Shown here in pieces: positions 47,677 through 56,924 of a DNA stretch of 64,000 bases. Within the stretch, counting starts at the first letter, position 1. The number at the start of each line of letters is the position of its first letter. The DNA comes from Deltaproteobacteria bacterium (GTDB lineage Bacteria > Myxococcota_A > Polyangia > Haliangiales > Haliangiaceae), in contig JAHCIV010000002.1 of the NCBI GenBank assembly GCA_026129065.1, positions 1 to 64,000 of the forward strand, written 5' to 3'. Below the pieces are notes generated by a model. The model ran no database searches. It was given only the letters and a program-made list of their open reading frames with translations, and was not told where the DNA came from. The translations under genes were made by a program, and so were the position numbers.

Positions 47677-48470
47677 CTCGTGCGTTCGAACAGGACGATG
47701 AAGCCGGTGCCCAGGTACTGCGCGGGGCCGCGATCGATGCTCTCGAGCTGCTCGGCGAGGAACACGGCCGGGCGCGGGAACAGCTGGTCGAACGGGTACG
47801 GCGTGACCTTGTAGTTGTAGTACCGGACCGCGGAGACGTTCAGCCCGTGCCGAGCGGCGTCGCGCGCCACCTGCTCCTCGTGGAACGTCTGCTTCGCCAC
47901 GCGCCGGATGCCGTCGCCGCGCAGCCTCTCGAACAGGCGCTTGGTGCGCGACAGCCACGGGCGCACGCTGAGGCGCCGGTACACGCTGCTGGCGTTCGGG
48001 TACGTCACCAGCAGCTTCCCGCCGGGCTGGAGCACGCGCGTCACCTCGCGGTAGATGACGTCGACGTCGGCGTCGTCGAAGTACTCGACGAGGCCCATCG
48101 CCAGCACGAGGTCGAAGCGCCGGTCGGGGTACGCGAGCCGCGTGGCATCGCCGACCTCGCAGGTGAGCGCGGAGACGCCGTGGAACCGCTTGCGGCAGTC
48201 CTCGACCATGCCGGGCGACACATCGATCGCGTGCACCTCGGCGAAGCTGCGCGCGAGCAGCTCCGCGACCATGACGCCGGGTCCGCACCCGATGTCGAGC
48301 ACGTGCTTGCCGGTCCACGGACCGGCCGCGTCGATGCAGGCTAGCGTCCTCTGCTTGCGCGACCGGAAGGAGTGCCCCTCGGTCTTCGCGCTGCCGTACT
48401 TGTCGAAGTACGACGGCGACATCTCCTCGAAGAACTCGCGGACGTTGTGTCTGTCGAACTGGGGTTCCAT
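47673..48470 (-). CDS. Class I SAM-dependent methyltransferase
   Basis: Internal ATG at 48470 (MEPQFDRHN). VLDIGCGPG motif. ATGA overlap with the downstream gene. Confidence 0.75.
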   Translation of the reverse strand: MEPQFDRHNVREFFEEMSPSYFDKYGSAKTEGHSFRSRKQRTLACIDAAGPWTGKHVLDIGCGPGVMVAELLARSFAEVHAIDVSPGMVEDCRKRFHGVSALTCEVGDATRLAYPDRRFDLVLAMGLVEYFDDADVDVIYREVTRVLQPGGKLLVTYPNASSVYRRLSVRPWLSRTKRLFERLRGDGIRRVAKQTFHEEQVARDAARHGLNVSAVRYYNYKVTPYPFDQLFPRPAVFLAEQLESIDRGPAQYLGTGFIVLFERTR

Positions 48471-48480
48471 GCGTGCGAGC

Positions 48481-48999
48481 TCAGTTGAACGGCGAGGCGT
48501 AGGCGGGAGGCTCGAGCGAGGTCCCGAACGGGTGGACGTAGGGACTGTCGGGCATGTCGGGAGCCGTGTATCCGGAGTTCGATTCGGTCGCGAGGACGGA
48601 CTCACCCACGCACTGGTCGGATTCCTCGCGCAACCGGCGGACCTGCTCCGCGGCCTCCGTCACCTCGGCGAAGAGGCCGGGCGCGTCGGTCTCGCTGCTC
48701 GACTCGAGGCTGTTCATCGCCGAGTCGGCGATGTTCATCAGCGGCTTGACCTGAACCAGCTTGTCGTTCACGCAGTTGAGCTTGATGACGTCCTTCTCCT
48801 TGCGCGCGACCTCGCGCAGGTGAAGGATTCGCTTGAGATTCTTCTGGATTTCGGCCTTCGTCGCCTGCGAGGCGTTGATCATCTCGGCGATCGTGCCCGT
48901 CGGTGACGAGCTCTTCGACGTCGGCTGCGCGTACGAGAACGCGATCCCCACACCCATCCCGACCGCGGCCACCATCCCTATTTTCGCGAGCAATTTCAT
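48481..48999 (-). CDS. Small secreted coiled-coil protein
   Basis: Signal peptide MKLLAKIGMVAAVGMGVGIAFSYA. Somewhat lower GC than the surrounding sequence. Confidence 0.5.
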   Translation of the reverse strand: MKLLAKIGMVAAVGMGVGIAFSYAQPTSKSSSPTGTIAEMINASQATKAEIQKNLKRILHLREVARKEKDVIKLNCVNDKLVQVKPLMNIADSAMNSLESSSETDAPGLFAEVTEAAEQVRRLREESDQCVGESVLATESNSGYTAPDMPDSPYVHPFGTSLEPPAYASPFN

Positions 49000-49147
49000 C
49001 CCGTTCTCCGGCTCAGGGCAAAGCCTACTGGTGCGATCCGGAACCTGTCAACCGATGGGTTAGTGTTCGACCCGGAGAAGTCGTTCACGGTGGCGAGCAA
49101 GAATGAACCTGGTCGGCCTGGATGACAACCTACACGCCGGAACAGCG

Positions 49148-49756
49148 ATGCGTCGTTCGTGCTTCTTCCTGCTCCTTCTTCACTTCCTCGCGGTCCTGGG
49201 ATCCGGCTGTCTTCGCGACGATCCACCGATCGTCTACCCCTCGATCGCGCAGATCGACGAATCCAAGCTCCCGCTCGGTCCGGGCGACAAGCTGAACCTC
49301 GTCGTCTACTACGGCTCGCGCTCGATCAGCGCGCAGTACGTGCTCGATGCGAGCGGGACGCTCTCGGTGCAGTTCATCGGGACCGTGAGCGCGGGCGGCA
49401 AGACCATCGAGCAGATCCGCTCCGAGGTCCAGCGGCGGCTCGCCGACGGCTACTTCAACGATCCGATCGTGTCGCTGACCGTCGTCGAGCTCAAGTCGCT
49501 GACCTTGTCGGTCTCCGGGATGGTGCTGAAGACGGGTAACCTCAGCTTCGTGCCGGGCATGACGATCACCGAGGTGATCGCGCAGAGCGGCGGCTTCGCC
49601 CCGATGGCGCGCAAGAACATGGTGAAGGTCACACGGGAGGCCGGCGGCGTGAAGCACGTCTACAAGCTCCCGGTGGAGAAGATGGCCGAGGGCGATCGCC
49701 CGAACTTCCAGATGATGCCGGGCGACGTGGTCTTCGTGCCGGAGCGTCCCTGGTAA
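49148..49756 (+). CDS. Short outer-membrane polysaccharide export (OPX/Wza-like) lipoprotein lacking the C-terminal OM helix
   Basis: ATG at 49148. Lipobox LAVLGSGC. Poly_export motif and SLBB domain (DVVFVPERPW). Confidence 0.8.
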   Translation: MRRSCFFLLLLHFLAVLGSGCLRDDPPIVYPSIAQIDESKLPLGPGDKLNLVVYYGSRSISAQYVLDASGTLSVQFIGTVSAGGKTIEQIRSEVQRRLADGYFNDPIVSLTVVELKSLTLSVSGMVLKTGNLSFVPGMTITEVIAQSGGFAPMARKNMVKVTREAGGVKHVYKLPVEKMAEGDRPNFQMMPGDVVFVPERPW

Positions 49757-49762
49757 GCCCTC

Positions 49763-52153
49763 GTGCGGTCGCGCGATCAGATCTCGTTCGGCCTGCTCGC
49801 CGCCGCACTGCTGGGCTCCGTGCTCATGGTCGGGGGTGTCGCGCGCGGCGCACAGGCGGTGGTCGCGGTGCTGGTCGCGGGTGCGCTCGGGGTGCAGCTG
49901 TTCTCGCGCCGGTCGCTGGACCGCGTCTCCCCGCTGCTGGTGTTCCTCGGGATCGCGGTGCTGCTGACGACGATCCAGCTGATCCCGCTCCCGGCGGGAC
50001 TGCGCGAGCTACTCGATCCCACCGGAGAGGCGCTGCGGCGTGACGGTGCGCTCGTCGCGGGTACCGCGCCCTGGACCTCGCTGTCGCTCGATCCCCCGGG
50101 CACGCTGCGCGGCGTCGTGTTCTTCACGATCCTGAGCGGGACCGCGGTCCTCTCGCTGCGGTTCGCGGCCTCGGAGCGCGGGCGGTTCGGCGTGCTGGCG
50201 GCGGTCGCCGGGACGTGCGGAATCGCCGCGGCGGTCGCCGGCGTGCACACGCTGCTCCAGACGCGCGCGCTGTACGGCATCTACGAGCCGGCCGAAGCGA
50301 CGCCGCGCGTGCTGGGGCCGCTGCTCAACGGGAACCATTTCGGCAGCCTGATGGCCGCCGGCGCCGTGCTCTCGATCGGGCTCGCGTTCCACGTCCGCCA
50401 GCGCGTCGGGCTGCGCGTGCTGTGGATCTGCAACGCGGTCGCTTGCCTGCTCGTGCTGTCGGCGACGCTGTCGCGCGGCGCCGCGCTCGCGTTCGCGTTC
50501 GGGCTCGCGATCGCCGGCGCCGCGATGCTCGTGCAGCGATTCCAGGCGTCGGACCACAACTTCGCGGATCGGCGCCGCCGCACGTCCTCGAACGTGCTCA
50601 CCGGGCAGCTGCCGATCGCGATCGTCATCGCGTTCGGCCTCGGGCTCGCGATCTATTCGAGCTCGGGCAAGGTCGCGAGCCAGCTCGACAACACCACGCT
50701 CGCCGAGCTGAGCCAGCCGTCGAGCAAGTACGCGGCCTGGCGATCGTCGGTGAAGCTCGTGACCGAGGCGCCGTGGTTCGGGATCGGGCGCGGTGCATTC
50801 GAGCCGACGTTCACGCGGATCCACGATCCCGCGGGGTCCGTCACGTTCTCCCACCTCGAGAACGAGTACCTGCAGACCGTCGTCGAGCTCGGGCTCGTCG
50901 GCGCCGGCCTCCTGGCCGTCGCGTTCGGGTGGTGCCTGCTCGCCGCCTTTCGCAGGTGGCGCGATGGCCCGCTCGCGGCCGCCGCGCTCGGCGCGATCGG
51001 TGGCGTGCTGCTCCAGAGCACGGTGGACTTCGGGCTCGAGCTGCTCGGTCTCGCCGTCCCGATGACCATGGTCGCGGCGACCGTGCTCGTGGTGCCGCTG
51101 CGCGAGCGGTCGCGGGACCGTTCGAGGTGGCTCGCGCGCCCCGTCATCGTGCGCGGTGCCACGATCGGAGCGCTCGCGGTCGCCGCGCTTCTCGTGATGC
51201 AGCCGTTCGCGCGCAGCGTTCAGGAGGACCACACCGCGATGCTCGACGGGCCGAGCTCGCTCGAGGACGTCACCGCGGTGATCGAGCGTCACCCGTTCGA
51301 CTACTTCGGGTTCGGTTACGCGGCGGGGATCCTGATGCGGTCCGGCGACCCGCGGGCGGTCGTCTACCTGAACCATGCGCTCCGCCTGCACCCGACGCAT
51401 CCGGGCCTGCACCGGCTCGCCGCGCAGATGCTCGTCGCGGAGCGCCCCTCGCAGGCCGCGATCCAGTACGCGCTCGCACTCTCGCGGTCGGCGAGCCCGG
51501 GCAAGCTGATCGACGAGATCCTGACCCTGTTGCCGCGCGCCGAGGATGCGGCCGGTGCCTTTCCGGCGGAGCCGAAGACGGTCGAGCCGTTCTATCGCGA
51601 GCTGATCAAGCGCGAGCGCAAGGACGTCGCGCTGCGCTGGCTCGCGCGCGTGATCGAGCGCCCGCAGCGCGACATCGCCGTGGTCGATCGGCTCTACGAT
51701 CTCGCCGTCGCCGAGAAGGCGTACGACGTGGCGGAGCGCGCGGTGCGGGTCCGCCTGGCGATCGCTCGGACGACGACCTCGCGCCTGAAGCTCGCGAAGG
51801 TTCACGTCCTGCGCGGCGCCACCGATCGCGTGCTCGCCGACCTGGCCGACGTCGCGACCTGGCGCGGCCGCATCGACGAGAAGGCCGAGGCCTGGCTGAT
51901 CGTCTGCGACGTTCACGTGGAGCGCCGGAACTGGGACAAGGCGGTCGAGTGTTTACACCGCCTCGACGGGTCCGGTACGGTGGCCTCGAGCCAGCGACCC
52001 GAGATCGCGAAGCGTCTCAACTTCGTCAAGGAGCAGCGCAACCTCGAGGCGCGACTGCAGACGATCGAGCGCATGAAGCGCCAGCTTCCGGCACCCCCGC
52101 CGAACCAACCTCCGCCGAACCAGCCCCCGAACCAGCTCCCGCCGAAGCGATGA
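49763..52153 (+). CDS. O-antigen ligase/Wzy_C-family polymerase-like membrane protein with a C-terminal TPR domain
   Basis: GTG start. Multi-TM. Conserved SHLENEYLQTVVELGLVG loop. TPR-like C-terminal 250 aa ending in PPNQ repeats. Confidence 0.65.
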   Translation: MRSRDQISFGLLAAALLGSVLMVGGVARGAQAVVAVLVAGALGVQLFSRRSLDRVSPLLVFLGIAVLLTTIQLIPLPAGLRELLDPTGEALRRDGALVAGTAPWTSLSLDPPGTLRGVVFFTILSGTAVLSLRFAASERGRFGVLAAVAGTCGIAAAVAGVHTLLQTRALYGIYEPAEATPRVLGPLLNGNHFGSLMAAGAVLSIGLAFHVRQRVGLRVLWICNAVACLLVLSATLSRGAALAFAFGLAIAGAAMLVQRFQASDHNFADRRRRTSSNVLTGQLPIAIVIAFGLGLAIYSSSGKVASQLDNTTLAELSQPSSKYAAWRSSVKLVTEAPWFGIGRGAFEPTFTRIHDPAGSVTFSHLENEYLQTVVELGLVGAGLLAVAFGWCLLAAFRRWRDGPLAAAALGAIGGVLLQSTVDFGLELLGLAVPMTMVAATVLVVPLRERSRDRSRWLARPVIVRGATIGALAVAALLVMQPFARSVQEDHTAMLDGPSSLEDVTAVIERHPFDYFGFGYAAGILMRSGDPRAVVYLNHALRLHPTHPGLHRLAAQMLVAERPSQAAIQYALALSRSASPGKLIDEILTLLPRAEDAAGAFPAEPKTVEPFYRELIKRERKDVALRWLARVIERPQRDIAVVDRLYDLAVAEKAYDVAERAVRVRLAIARTTTSRLKLAKVHVLRGATDRVLADLADVATWRGRIDEKAEAWLIVCDVHVERRNWDKAVECLHRLDGSGTVASSQRPEIAKRLNFVKEQRNLEARLQTIERMKRQLPAPPPNQPPPNQPPNQLPPKR

Positions 52154-53676
52154 CGACCGACGAGGCACGCGGCGTGGGACGGCGGACCCGTCACGCGCTG
52201 TCGTGGAGCCTGGTCGCAGCGGTCGCGACCAACGTCGTCCGGCTCGGCGTGGTCGCCGCGCTGGGGCGGCTGTTGACGCCCGGCGACTTCGGCGTCGTCG
52301 CCGCCGCGATGACGCTGATCATCTTCGCGAACCTGCTGCGCGACTTCGGCGTCGGCTACGCGCTCGTGCAGCGGGCCAAGATCGAGCCCGAGCACGTCGA
52401 GGCGGCGTTCACGGTCTCGGTGATCCAGGGCGTCGTGCTGACGCTGATCGTCGCCGCGGCCGCCGCGCCGTTCGCCGAGCTGATGGGCGTGCCGCAGGCC
52501 ACGACGCTCCTGCGCGTGCTGTCGCTGCTGTTCCTCGTCCGCAGCTGCGCGATCGTGCCGAACTGCATGCTCCAGCGTGCGCTGCGGTTTCGCGCGACGT
52601 CGATGATCGACGTGGCCGGCTATGCGGTCGGCTCGGTCACGAGCGTCGCGCTCGCGGTGGCCGGCTACGGCCCGTGGGCGCTCGTCGGCGGGTACTTCGT
52701 CGAGACGCTCACCGGCATGGTGCTGCTCGTGTGGTTGTCTCCGCCGCCCGTCCGGTTGCGCTGGCACCCGCGCCACCTCCGCGACCTGCTCGGGTTCGGC
52801 ATCGGGCAGAGCCTCGCGACGATCGTGAACTACTTCGCGGTCCAGGGTGACTACCTCGTCGTCGGGAACGTGCTCGACAAGGTCCAGCTCGGTCTGTACC
52901 AGCGGGCGTACGAGCTGATGCGGCTGCCGGCGAACGTGTTCTCGAGCGTCGCGGGATCGGTGCTGTTCAGCGCGCTGTCGAAGGTCCAGGACGACCCGGA
53001 TCGCCTCGGTCGCGTGGTGCGCCGCAGCTCGTTCGCGAGCGCGTTGGTGCTCTTGCCCGCGTCGGTGATGCTGATCGTCCTCGCGCCCGAGATGATCCGC
53101 ATCCTGCTCGGCTCGCAGTGGGATGGCGCGGTGTGGCCGTTTCGCGTGATGGCGACCACGATGCTGTTCCGGACCACGAGCAAGCTCGGCATCCTGGTCG
53201 CGCGGTCCTCCGGCGACGTGTTCGCGATCGCCAAGTGGCAGGTGGTGTACGCCGTCGCGGTGATCGGCGGAGCGGCGGTGTCGGTGCAGTGGGGCATCCT
53301 CGGGGTCGCGACGACCACGACCGTCGCGATCGTGATCAACTACGTCACGACGACCTGGATCGGCCTCGCGCGGACCACGCTCACCGTGCGCGAGCTCGCC
53401 GCCGCGCACGTCGTGCCGCTGCTGATCGCGCTCGCGGTCGGCGGTGTGTCGTGGTCGGTGGCCGCCGCGCTGCGCGCCGCCGGAGTCTCCTACGTCGTCG
53501 TCGCCGCGGCGTCCGTCGCCGCCGGCGGCCTCGTGTTCGTCGCCTTCATCTACGCGGGCGTCCGGCGCGCGACCGGCGACTGGCCGTGGTTGCGCGAGAC
53601 GTTCGTCGCCGTGTTCTCGAGGAGCCGCACCCGGCGCAGCAAGGCTCCCGCCACGACGTCGCCCCCAGCGCCGTAG
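52150..53676 (+). CDS. wzx: Wzx-type flippase (MOP superfamily, polysaccharide biosynthesis protein)
   Basis: ATGA overlap. About 12 TM helices. Polysacc_synt-like N-region. Confidence 0.8.
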   Translation: MTTDEARGVGRRTRHALSWSLVAAVATNVVRLGVVAALGRLLTPGDFGVVAAAMTLIIFANLLRDFGVGYALVQRAKIEPEHVEAAFTVSVIQGVVLTLIVAAAAAPFAELMGVPQATTLLRVLSLLFLVRSCAIVPNCMLQRALRFRATSMIDVAGYAVGSVTSVALAVAGYGPWALVGGYFVETLTGMVLLVWLSPPPVRLRWHPRHLRDLLGFGIGQSLATIVNYFAVQGDYLVVGNVLDKVQLGLYQRAYELMRLPANVFSSVAGSVLFSALSKVQDDPDRLGRVVRRSSFASALVLLPASVMLIVLAPEMIRILLGSQWDGAVWPFRVMATTMLFRTTSKLGILVARSSGDVFAIAKWQVVYAVAVIGGAAVSVQWGILGVATTTTVAIVINYVTTTWIGLARTTLTVRELAAAHVVPLLIALAVGGVSWSVAAALRAAGVSYVVVAAASVAAGGLVFVAFIYAGVRRATGDWPWLRETFVAVFSRSRTRRSKAPATTSPPAP

Positions 53677-53684
53677 CCGGGCCG

Positions 53685-54665
53685 TCAGCCGACGCGGTTG
53701 CGCGGGGGCTCGCCGCGCAGCACGCGCAGCGCCTCCTCCGCCGCCTTGCGGCGCATCTCGATCATCGCGTCGAGGGAGTAGAACGCGCAGTGCGGCGTGA
53801 TGACCAGGCGATCGCGCACCGCCGGATCTTCGGCGAGCCAGCGCGCGAGCAGCGGATCGGTGCGATCGAGCGGCTCGTCGGGCAGGACGTCGAACCCGGC
53901 GCTCGCGATCCGCCCGGCCTCGAACGCCGTGGTGAACGCCGGCCAGTCGACCACCGGTCCGCGCGCGGTGTTGACCAGCACGAGTCCGGGCCGCGCGGCC
54001 TCGAAGAACGCGGAGCCGATCATGCCGCGCGTCTCCGCGGTCAGCGGGACGTGCAGGCTGACGACGTCGGACGCGCGCGCGAGGTCGGCGAGCGAATAGA
54101 AGCGGGTCAGGCCGAGCGTCTTGTCCCAGCCCTCGGGCCGGTACGGATCGTAGAACCCGACGCGCAGCCCGAACGCCTTCGCGCGCAGCGCCGTCGCGGC
54201 ACCGATGCGGCCGAGGCCGACGATGCCGAGCATCCGATCGGTCAGCCGGAACGTCGGCGTGACGCCCCAGCGCCACGTGTCGCCGCGCACGGCCCGCTCG
54301 TGGCCGGGGAGGCCGCGCGCGAGTGCGAGCAGGAGCGCGAGCGCGTGATCGGCGACGTCGTGCGTCCCGTAGTCGGGCACGTTGCACACGACGATGCCGC
54401 GCGCGCGGGCGGCATCGAGGTCGACGTTGTCGAACCCGACCCCGATCCGGACCAGCACCTTGCACCGGCGCAGCGCACCGAGCGTTGCGGCGTCCCACCG
54501 CAGATCGTGCCAGGCCAGGATCGCATCCGCGTCCTCGATGCGACCGGCGAGCTCGGCATTGCCGCGCGCGCCGAGCGTCGTCACACGGGCCGCGTCGCCG
54601 AACACCGCCTGCTCGACCTCGGCGTCGGCGGTGCGGTCGGGGACGATCACCTGCCAGGTCGTCAT
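53685..54665 (-). CDS. D-isomer-specific 2-hydroxyacid dehydrogenase (NAD-dependent)
   Basis: GIVGLGRIG NAD-binding motif. Catalytic His-Glu-Arg region. Confidence 0.85.
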   Translation of the reverse strand: MTTWQVIVPDRTADAEVEQAVFGDAARVTTLGARGNAELAGRIEDADAILAWHDLRWDAATLGALRRCKVLVRIGVGFDNVDLDAARARGIVVCNVPDYGTHDVADHALALLLALARGLPGHERAVRGDTWRWGVTPTFRLTDRMLGIVGLGRIGAATALRAKAFGLRVGFYDPYRPEGWDKTLGLTRFYSLADLARASDVVSLHVPLTAETRGMIGSAFFEAARPGLVLVNTARGPVVDWPAFTTAFEAGRIASAGFDVLPDEPLDRTDPLLARWLAEDPAVRDRLVITPHCAFYSLDAMIEMRRKAAEEALRVLRGEPPRNRVG

Positions 54666-55468
54666 GCGCGCGCTCCCGCGATCGTGTTCGCGAGTGTACC
54701 GAGGCCGGCGATCGCGAGCTCGACGCGGTCGCCGGCGCGGACGACCGACTGGCGGCCGCCGAGCGGCGTCCCGGTCAGCACCACGTCGCCCGGCTCGAGC
54801 GTCATGATCCGCGACGCCAGGGCGACCGACGCGTAGGTGTCGAGCACGCGGTCCGCCGTCGTCCCGTCCTGGGTGATCCGTCCGCCGATCGCCGTCGTCA
54901 TCCGGACGTCGGCGTCGTCGAACCCGACCACGAGCTCGGGCCCGAGCGGACAGAAGCCGTCGAGGCTCTTGCTGCGCGCGAGGTGCCAGTCGCGGCCGAG
55001 GATGTTGAGCGCGGTGATGTCATTGCCGATCGTGAGCCCGGCGACCACGTCGCGCGCCGCGTCGGGCTCGCGCAGGTCGCGGGCGCGCCGGCCGATCACC
55101 GCCGCGATCTCGACCTCGACCCACACCTCGGTGTCCGGAATCCGGACCGTCGCCTCCGGATCGGCGAGGCTGTTCGGGGCCTTCAGGAACACCAGCGGCT
55201 CGAATCCCGGGTCGGTGTAGTGCGCCTCGGTCTTCCTCGCGAGCGCGGCCGGGTCGCCGAACAGCGCCTTGTAGTTGTAGCCGAGCGCGAGGATCTTCGT
55301 CGGCTCGGCGGGCGCGAGCACCCGGACGCGATCCGCCGGGAGCGCGACGCTCGTGCGGCGCGTGCCGAGCCACGGCGCGGTCTCGAGCACGGCCACATCG
55401 TCGCCATCGCGCACGCCCCACCGCGGACGGTCGTCGTCGTCGGTGCGGAACCGGACGTAGCGGATCAC
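54662..55468 (-). CDS. Fumarylacetoacetate-hydrolase (FAH) family enzyme (hydratase/decarboxylase-type)
   Basis: GTG start overlapping the upstream stop (GTGA). FAH-fold motifs (GYNYKA, EVEIAAVIG, GTPLG). The upstream part of track ORF 54662..56854 is Arg-rich junk. Confidence 0.7.
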   Translation of the reverse strand: MIRYVRFRTDDDDRPRWGVRDGDDVAVLETAPWLGTRRTSVALPADRVRVLAPAEPTKILALGYNYKALFGDPAALARKTEAHYTDPGFEPLVFLKAPNSLADPEATVRIPDTEVWVEVEIAAVIGRRARDLREPDAARDVVAGLTIGNDITALNILGRDWHLARSKSLDGFCPLGPELVVGFDDADVRMTTAIGGRITQDGTTADRVLDTYASVALASRIMTLEPGDVVLTGTPLGGRQSVVRAGDRVELAIAGLGTLANTIAGARA

Positions 55469-56196
55469 GGGTAGGGCGTCTCGGTCTCGGAGAACCCGAC
55501 CCGGCGGAGGAAGTGCTCGACGATCGGGAACTGCCACTCGAAGTCCACGTCGCAGCCGCCCTCCTGGTGGAGCGGGTGCACCGTGCGGCCGATCCAGCGG
55601 AACGGGATCTCGCCGCGCGTGTAGTCGAAGCAGCGTGGTCGCAGCACGAACACGGAGCAGTCGACGAAGTAGGTGTCGCCCTGGCTGTCGCGGTCGCAGC
55701 TCGCGCCGGTGAACAGGGCGGGATCGACGAACGGCTTCACGAGGCCGTTCTCGAGCCGGCGCGCGCGCAGCGCGCTGAACATGTTGTACTTGCTGACGCT
55801 GACCGCCGAGTCGTACTCGGGGTGCGCGCGCAGCCACTCGATGCCCTCGTCGATGACGCCGGGCGTGATCGTGGCGCCGTTCGCGAACAGCAGCACGATC
55901 AGCTCGACCGGCTCGGCGGCCTGCGCGACGATCGCCTCGTAGCCATGCTTGAACGCATCCTCGGCGAGCGCCTCGTGGGTCGCGAGGAACGCCGGACGCT
56001 CGACGTAGGTGCAGTCGTTCGCGAGCGCGAGGTCGCGAATCGGATCGCTGTCGGTCGACACGAAGACGTGGCTGACGTGGCGGGCGTGCTTCGCGGCGAG
56101 GATCGGGTACAGCGCGAGCGGCCGGCCGAGCACCGGGCGCACGTTCTTGTCCTTCACGCGGCTGCCCTTGCGGCCGATGATCAGGGTCGGAATCAC
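55465..56196 (-). CDS. KdsB/NeuA-like CMP-sugar-acid cytidylyltransferase (CTP_transf_3 family)
   Basis: GTG start. N-terminal IIGRKGSRVKDKN...LGRPL...VSTD, typical of acylneuraminate/Kdo cytidylyltransferases. Confidence 0.75.
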   Translation of the reverse strand: MIPTLIIGRKGSRVKDKNVRPVLGRPLALYPILAAKHARHVSHVFVSTDSDPIRDLALANDCTYVERPAFLATHEALAEDAFKHGYEAIVAQAAEPVELIVLLFANGATITPGVIDEGIEWLRAHPEYDSAVSVSKYNMFSALRARRLENGLVKPFVDPALFTGASCDRDSQGDTYFVDCSVFVLRPRCFDYTRGEIPFRWIGRTVHPLHQEGGCDVDFEWQFPIVEHFLRRVGFSETETPYP

Positions 56197-56924
56197 GGGG
56201 GATGCTCCTGTTCGTGGCGTTCGAGCGCTCGGTCGAGATCACCGAGCGCCAGGCACGGTAACCCGGCGGTCCGGGCGGTTTCGAGGTCGTCGGGACCGAG
56301 ATAGCCCCACGTCGCGAGGTGCGCGGCGACGCCACGGTGGTGGGCCGGCACGGCGTGGTGCGCGTAGTCGTCGAGGAAGAACACCCGCCGCGGCGCGACG
56401 TCGCAGCGCGCGGCGTGCTCGAGCAGCAGCTCCCACTTCTCGCGCGCTCCCGCGCGCGGGAGCAACACCGGGTCGGCGATGCCGGCGAGGTGTCCGAGGA
56501 TCGCCGCGATCGAGACGTCGTCGCGGGTCGACAGGATCGTGGCGCGCCCGGCCGCGTGCAGCCGGTGGTACGCCGCGAGTGCGGGCGTCGGCGCGATCGC
56601 CGCGCACCACCGCGCGACGTCCTTCGCGAGCGCGCCGCGGGCCGCAAAGTAGCTTGCCGTGAACCCCTCGAGCTCGGCGCGGCGCAGCTCGGCGCGTGTG
56701 AGGAACTCGCTCGTGGTCCGCGGCAGCTCGCCGCGCTCGATGCACTCGAGCAGCAGCGCGTACTGCCACGGCGGTCCGACCCAGTGGCGGTTCGCGAGGA
56801 ACCGCTCCGCGACCTCGGGCGGCGGCTCGGCGGCGAGCCCGTGCACGGCGGCATACGCGACGGCGAGACACTCGCGCGCGGTGTCGAACAGCACCCCGTC
56901 GAAGTCGAACACGTAGCGGGTCAT
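56193..56924 (-). CDS. HAD-superfamily phosphatase
   Basis: Internal ATG at 56924. Motif I FDFDGVLFDT. Confidence 0.75.
   Translation of the reverse strand: MTRYVFDFDGVLFDTARECLAVAYAAVHGLAAEPPPEVAERFLANRHWVGPPWQYALLLECIERGELPRTTSEFLTRAELRRAELEGFTASYFAARGALAKDVARWCAAIAPTPALAAYHRLHAAGRATILSTRDDVSIAAILGHLAGIADPVLLPRAGAREKWELLLEHAARCDVAPRRVFFLDDYAHHAVPAHHRGVAAHLATWGYLGPDDLETARTAGLPCLALGDLDRALERHEQEHPP

Noticed and set aside
49000-49147. Possible sigma54 element (TGGCGAGCAAGAATG) upstream of the OPX gene
   Set aside because: The -12 region lacks the conserved GC dinucleotide at the correct spacing. It is not supported.
54662-56854. 730-aa minus-strand ORF treated as a single gene
   Set aside because: Only the last roughly 268 codons are FAH-like. 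The upstream part overlaps the real, different-frame cytidylyltransferase and HAD genes and is junk. Similar junk N-terminal extensions occur in track ORFs 56921..59296, 57955..59691, 59136..61670, 36499..38727, 35324..37042 and 30815..32698. In each case I trimmed to the internal start where the recognisable protein begins.
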